DNA of 56,995 nucleotides. Source: Octopus bimaculoides. Lineage: Eukaryota. The DNA lies in contig NC_068982.1 in assembly GCF_001194135.2 (NCBI RefSeq), positions 86,992,696 to 87,049,690 on the forward strand, given 5' to 3'. Below are positions 51,348 to 56,995 of the stretch, piece after piece; the stretch's first letter is position 1, and every line of letters begins with the position of its first letter. A model generated the notes under the pieces. That model saw nothing but the letters and a program-made list of their open reading frames with translations, ran no database searches and was not told the origin of the DNA. The position numbers were made by a program, and so were the translations under genes.

Positions 51348-51427
51348 ATATTTGCCTACAATCAATATATAGCAATTAATGCATTACTTAGAAGACTTAG
51401 TCTTCACTCCAATATCTTTAGCTATGA

Positions 51428-51641
51428 TTGGCGGCGAGCTGGCAGAAACATTAGCACGCCGGGCGAAATGCTTAGCGGTATTTCGTCTGTCTTTATGTTC
51501 TGAGTTCAAATTTCGCCGAGGTCAACTTTGCCTTTCATCCTTTCGGGGTCGATAAATGAAGTACCAGTTGCGTACTGGGTCGATCTAATCGACTGACCCC
51601 ACTCCCCAAAAGATACTGGCCTTGTGCCTAGAGTAGAAAAG
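51428..51641 (+). mobile_element. SINE family A, full length with perfect 17-bp TSD
   Basis: ggcggcgagctggcagaaac head, gagttcaaat B-box; TSD aatatctttagctatga at 51411-51427 and 51642-51658. Confidence 0.95.
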
Positions 51642-52784
51642 AATATCTTTAGCTATGAGTTCTAGAGCTGAAAACATCTTATCTCGTCAAATCATCAGAC
51701 TTTTAAACCGTCTCCATTGTTATTTCTAAGCCAATTGCTGGTTTCAAGAGAGAATAACTACTAGATGCATGACATAAATACTAAGTAACACTAAAAACAA
51801 AGCTGTAAAATAAAATGACTTCATCGTCTCAAACACCGAGAGGATTCAAACTTTTGTTGTCTGTTAAAATTGAAATTAAAAGGGCACCGAGTCAATACAA
51901 TCATTGACATTATGAAGACTAGTTGACGCAGAGTTTAAAACTCTCACACTGAAACTTTACGTTATTTGTTTTCAGGCATTTTTTTTTCCCAGATAATTGT
52001 TTATATTTAGGTACTTTGAAGATGCTGTTTGATAAATATTTTGTCCTATACAACACATTTTGGTTGTTTTCCTTCTTATTTTCTCCATTTTTTTCTTTTC
52101 ATGATATATAAATGTCTGTGCTTAGACACTCACATTGGTAGCTGTTTTGTTATTATGTTATTATTTACATTAAACTTTCTGAGAGGTGAAAATAATCTTA
52201 CCAATTGAAAATGCGCTTGGCAAATTTTAAATCTTTTAAATCTCCCGAAATTAGAGGGTTTGTTTCGTATTAGCTCGACTGTGGTTAATCTAGGTCAAAC
52301 TTTCGGTTTGGAAATCAGTGTTTAGTTTGACATCTGCCAAAAGAATTTAATTAGCAATGGTAAAGCGGAATATTTACAGGAAACTAGGTAACAAGTAGAG
52401 CGGACAAATGGATATAAATATTTTTATCTATCTATCTATCTATCTATCTATATCTCAGTGTGTGTCTGATATATATGTATATATGCGCGTGTGCGTGCAT
52501 GTTTGTTTGTTCTCTATCATTGCTTCGCGTTGCTATTTATGTATTTCATCAGACTGGGCGGTCTACAAGCGCAAATCAGAAATTTAGGCTTTTTGTTTGC
52601 ACAGGGTGCCCTTTCCTTGGTATCTGCTACCGAATACGGAAAAGTACCAGAAATGCGCATCTAGCAGTCCACAGAAGGAGCTTTGAGCTGATAATGCTTG
52701 TCTTTATACCTTTTTACCATAAGCAAGAATTTTTAAAAAGCATATTTGAACTAATCTAAAGTTTTCTTATTTTGTATTACCACA

Positions 52785-53040
52785 TCGCACTACTACTTGT
52801 GGTTAGGGTGTTGCACTCACGATCGCTAGATAGTGAGTTCGATTCCCGGACTAGGCGGCACGTTGTGTTCTTGAGCAAAACACTTCATTTCACGTTGCTC
52901 AGCGATCATTTCAGTATCTGACGTGTGGCACACTTGTGCACCTATACAGGCAATGTCGATTTGATGGAGTGAATGATTTAATACATGTATTCGATCACAA
53001 TAAACAAATCATTTATGCAGGTCGTCCGGCAAAAATCGAG
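52785..53040 (+). mobile_element. tRNA-derived SINE, third family (V/Meta-like central box)
   Basis: gtggttag A-box, gagttcgattcc B-box, ttgtgttcttgagcaaaacacttc central box. Confidence 0.7.
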
Positions 53041-53131
53041 CACTCATACGTCATCTTCGACGGGAGATTCCATTGTGTGAATGTGCGCGCGCGTATATGT
53101 ATGTATGTATGCATGTATGTATCTATGCAAA

Positions 53132-53830
53132 ATGAGTATCCAAAAGTAACCGGAAACGTTTTCTGTGGGACAATCTCGTTGTAGAAGCCACTTGATGCGA
53201 CCCTCGCACATCAGTCGGCGTCGTCGTATTATGCAGTACTGCCGCGTGGTGCGTCTTTGTTTTGCAGTGCATCTCCCCTGTTCGTCGATTTTTGCGATGG
53301 CTGTAACGAAGGAACAGCGTACTTTTGTGAAATTCGGTTTTCTGCCAGGGAAAACGGCGGCTGAAACAGTTGTCATGCTTCAACCAGCTTACAAGGACGC
53401 TGCTATGAGCAAAACACAAGTTTACGAATGGTTTTCACGCATTAAGAATGTTTCCTTGTCGTTTGAAGACAAACCGCGTTCGGGACGACTGTCGACCTCA
53501 CGAACGAATGGAAACATCATGAAATTTCGGGAAGTGGTGTTGGAGGACCGTCGCTGAACAATTGGCGAACTTGGTGACATGACTGGTGTGCCCTGGAGCT
53601 CCTGTCAACGAATTTTGAGCGAATAATTTCGAATGAAAAGAGCTGCAGCAAAATTTGTGCTTCACTTGCTCACAGAATATCAAAAGCAATCACGACTGAA
53701 TGCATGTCGTGAATTGAAAGAACAGTTCCAAGTTGATCTGGACCTTTTTTCGAAGGTCATCACTGGTGACGAAAGCTGCTGCTTCGGTTACGACCCGGAA
53801 ACAACGCTGCAATGAAGTCAATGGAAGTAT
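53132..53830 (+). mobile_element. mariner element 5' half (TIR plus transposase up to the first catalytic D), with stops
   Basis: TIR-like gagtatccaaaagtaaccggaa; ATG 53297 MAVTKEQRTFVKF..GKTAAET..VYEWFSR..EDKPRSGR; AAKFVLHLLT; VITGDES. Confidence 0.9.
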
Positions 53831-53903
53831 TCGATGTCAGAACACCCCCAAAAAGCGCTCTCGTCGTAAGTACTGCATGTCGATCAGGCAGAATTCTTCT
53901 CTA

Positions 53904-53984
<81 letters not shown>

Positions 53985-54345
53985 AGAAGCCGAGAAGGCG
54001 TGGGTATTCGGTAAATACAAGCACAATTTTTTCAGAAAAATTGAAAGCATTCGTAATTTCTGTGCTTACGTAAATTCCATGGTAATGCAGTATATACAAA
54101 AGTATTCAAAACTATATTGTCGATTGCTATGTTTATTCTTGGTCTGTTTATTGTATTTCTGCTGTGTGGGATGATTCTATTTAACAGTTTGTTTGCTGGT
54201 ACGATAAATTAATTTTTGTCCTCGTGCTTCTCTCGCAGTATTTTCAGGCTGAGATTTTTATGATTTTGATGTTAGCATATATGAAGTTTTTTCTATTTCT
54301 CTTGATTGTTGACTTTTTTTGTTTATTTTTATGTGTCTAGACTAT

Positions 54346-54407
54346 ACGTGTACTGATGAGTAAAGAGTGCATATTACTGCACTGATTACGAAATCATGAT
54401 CTACCGT
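54346..54407 (+). ncRNA. type I minimal hammerhead ribozyme
   Basis: CTGATGA 54353-54359, stem II closed by G54360-C54389, GAAA 54390-54393, palindromic stem III ATCATGAT, cleavage triplet AUC (C54401), stem I of 6 bp with one bulge. Confidence 0.7.
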
Positions 54408-54556
54408 TAAGTCTGCTTTTAGGAGGCTCGCCTCGAGGGTTACATTCCCTCACGTTCGATAAAAATGTGCTTATTATGGTAGTTTGACTTTTAGCGTCCC
54501 TCGTAGCGTGAGGCATTTTTGTATAGTAATGCCCTTAATATATATNNNNNNNNNNA

Positions 54557-54690
54557 AAATGGGACAAGAAGGCAAAACATCCAGACAGTTAGGTGATACA
54601 AAAACGAGACAACAAAACCTTCAGGTAGACGATACAAAGAAAATAAGGACGGGTCATTCGGAGTTTTCTTTCCTTCTATCAGCCCTTTCA
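54557..54690 (+). repeat. dispersed repeat head; the aaaatgggacaaga motif is also inverted at about 18570-18612
   Basis: aaaatgggacaagaa matches the reverse complement of ttcttgtcccatttt. Confidence 0.45.
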
Positions 54691-55382
54691 CGCTTATTCG
54701 TTCATTTCACTCTTCGTTATTTCGTTCCCCCTCTCTCACATTTCCCTGCCTTCTCTTCTTGCTCACTTTCCCTCATCTTTTCACTTCACTGTGTCCTTGT
54801 CATTTTTTCTCGCCCCTCCTTAATTCTTCTGTCCCTCTGCCTCTACCTCTCTTCTCTCCCCCCACGTGACCGGTGTTCGGCCAAGCCTGAACTTTCTTTC
54901 TTGGTTCGGCTGTCGTCCGTGTAACATCTATATTCCTCTCTGTACCTGTGAAACCTTGTATCCCTGTTGTAAGGCTTTATTTTCACACACGCCAGCTTAA
55001 TTTAATTCGTCCTTATTCGAAAGACACTTGTTGTTATGTCCTGTTATTTGTATTTATGTAACATTCTCCGTTTTTTTCCGTCCTTGTTTTCGTATACATT
55101 CGCTGCTTTCTTTCAAGAAATATAATGCTATTAGCTTAGNNNNNNNNNNNNNNNNNNNNNNNNNNNNNNNNNNNNNNNNNNNNNNNNNNNNNNNNNNNNN
55201 NNNNNNNNNNNNNNNNNNNNNNNNNNNNNNNNNNNNNNNNNNNNNNNNNNNTATATAGTAGCGTACGTACACTTTGGTCTCTTATATGTAAGTATATATG
55301 TGTGTGTGTGTCTGTGTGTGTGTGTGTGTGTGTGTGCGTGTGTGTGTGTGCATGTATATATTTATGTATATGTATTTATACT

Positions 55383-55427
<45 letters not shown>

Positions 55428-55591
55428 GTATATATATTCAAAATGTCGAGTGTGTTGAAGCCAAATGTCTGCTTCCAACACGCTAAGACTGCAATCGGAT
55501 TTCAATTATTAGTTGGAGTCAGTTTATTCTCAATTAAATGACCATTACTTTTAAGAAAAATACAAACTGTATATTTTTCATATACTCATGT

Positions 55592-55800
55592 CTCTACTGG
55601 CAGAATCGTTAGCACTCCGGGCAAAATGCTTTGCGGCATTTCGTCCGCCTTTACGTTTTGGTTTTAAATTCCGCCGAGATTGACTTTGCCTTTCATCCTT
55701 TCTGGGTCGATGAAATAAGTACCAGGTAAGACTGGGGTCGATGTAATCGACCACCCTCTTTCCCGAAATTGTTGACCTTGTGCCATAATTTGAAATCATT
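55592..55800 (+). mobile_element. SINE family A
   Basis: ctggcagaatcgttagcac...gactttgcctttcatcctttctgggtcgatgaaataagtacc. Confidence 0.85.
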
Positions 55801-56394
55801 ATTTAGTACTCAGTGAAAACAAACATATTATTTTTTAAATGATTTATTACAATGGAAACATTATTTAAAAAAATTTAAAGAAATCTTTTACAAATAACAA
55901 TATTTCACCACTTTTCACCTTTCCTGGCTTGTATTTACAATCTACAGTGGGAGACACTTCTTCAGTAAGGAAGTACTTAATACTGATTTCTTATATATGC
56001 ATAAGACTATAAATGTCACTGGACAGAAATGTGGATTTTAACCAAACATTACTACCGGAAGACTGAAAGCCTATATCGACGTCTGTGAGATTAGAACTCA
56101 GTACGTAAAGAACCGTAACTTGTTACTGCCAGATGGTTTGTTCCGAAATGCTTCCTTGGTAAGTGGTGATTGGGTATAGTTGAACTAATAATGTCTATAT
56201 TTATGTTCGTTTCACTAGAAAGTAGGAAAAATAAGAATCAGCTCTGTAGCGTATTGGCAGCTACCTATTTTGCAGTCGTATATAAACAAATCAGATGAAT
56301 TGGATATGACCTAGAAAATTGACCAATTTTTACAATATTTAGGTCAGGTTGCGTTAGTGCACATTAGATAAGCTGAAATAAGGTCTCGTGAACA

Positions 56395-56957
56395 TTACAA
56401 TATATGTGTGTGTGTGTGCTTGTTTGTGTGTGTGTGTTCTCGTACGCGCCTGCGTGCGCCCGCGCGTATGCTTGTGCGCCGATGTGTGTGAGGATATATA
56501 TTTGTTAGCATGTGTGTTTGTAGAGAGAAGGCGAGAGTTAGAAGGAGGATGTGTATGTGTATGCGGGTGCATATGTGTTCTTGAAATTAGATGTTTTCTT
56601 TTATATATGGCTTATATGTCTAGGTGTATAAAAGCTTTTAACTTTTTTCCGTTAACAGGTCGGTTCAGAAAAGCGTGTGTTTGTATATTTACGCGCGCAT
56701 ACGCAGTCACACATACACGCAGTTTATATGTGTACGTTTGAGTGAGTCAGTGAGTGAGTGTCAGAGAATGAGAGAGGGTGAGAGAAAGTGTGCGTGTGTG
56801 TGAGAGAATGGAGAGAAGGAGAGAGAGTGTGTGTGAGTGTGAGTGTGTGTGTGTGCGTGTGATCGCGCGCGTGCCAGCGTGTGTGCGTGTGTTTGTTTGT
56901 TTGTGTATGTGTGTGTGTGTGTATCCATGATTTTTTTTATACAGTTGAAAGTGCAGC

Positions 56958-56995
<38 letters not shown>
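56395..56995. repeat. degenerate TG/GA/CG/TA microsatellite mosaic
   Basis: Read directly from the sequence. Confidence 0.9.

Overview
AT-rich, gapped eukaryotic (animal) draft-assembly DNA. The (CA)n/(TA)n/(TACA)n/(CT)n microsatellite load and two abundant tRNA-derived SINE families point to an octopus/coleoid cephalopod genome (inference). Almost all recognisable sequence is decayed mobile DNA: about eight Penelope-like (PLE) remnants, two R4/Dong-type RLE LINEs, one L1/Tx1 LINE, one Ty3/gypsy gag-pol body, several Tc1/mariner remnants, an internally deleted Chapaev3 transposon, Helitron-like 5' ends and about 15 SINE copies. No intact TE ORF, complete host gene, rRNA or CRISPR array is visible. 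The best second-look items are: a type I minimal hammerhead ribozyme with every core nucleotide intact (54346-54407); a 424-bp TTAA-bounded fold-back palindrome with a two-state apex (27352-27775); a signal-peptide exon of a probable host gene on the minus strand (42760-42841); a duplicated 33-nt candidate micro-exon (3568-3600 and 4817-4849); a double template-switch inversion at a PLE 5' end (33591-33965); a four-copy CRE-like motif cluster (15456-15644); and a half-preserved intron-type tRNA-Leu (51250-51347). Family assignments rest on protein motifs recognised by eye, not on database searches. Boundaries of degenerate elements are approximate.
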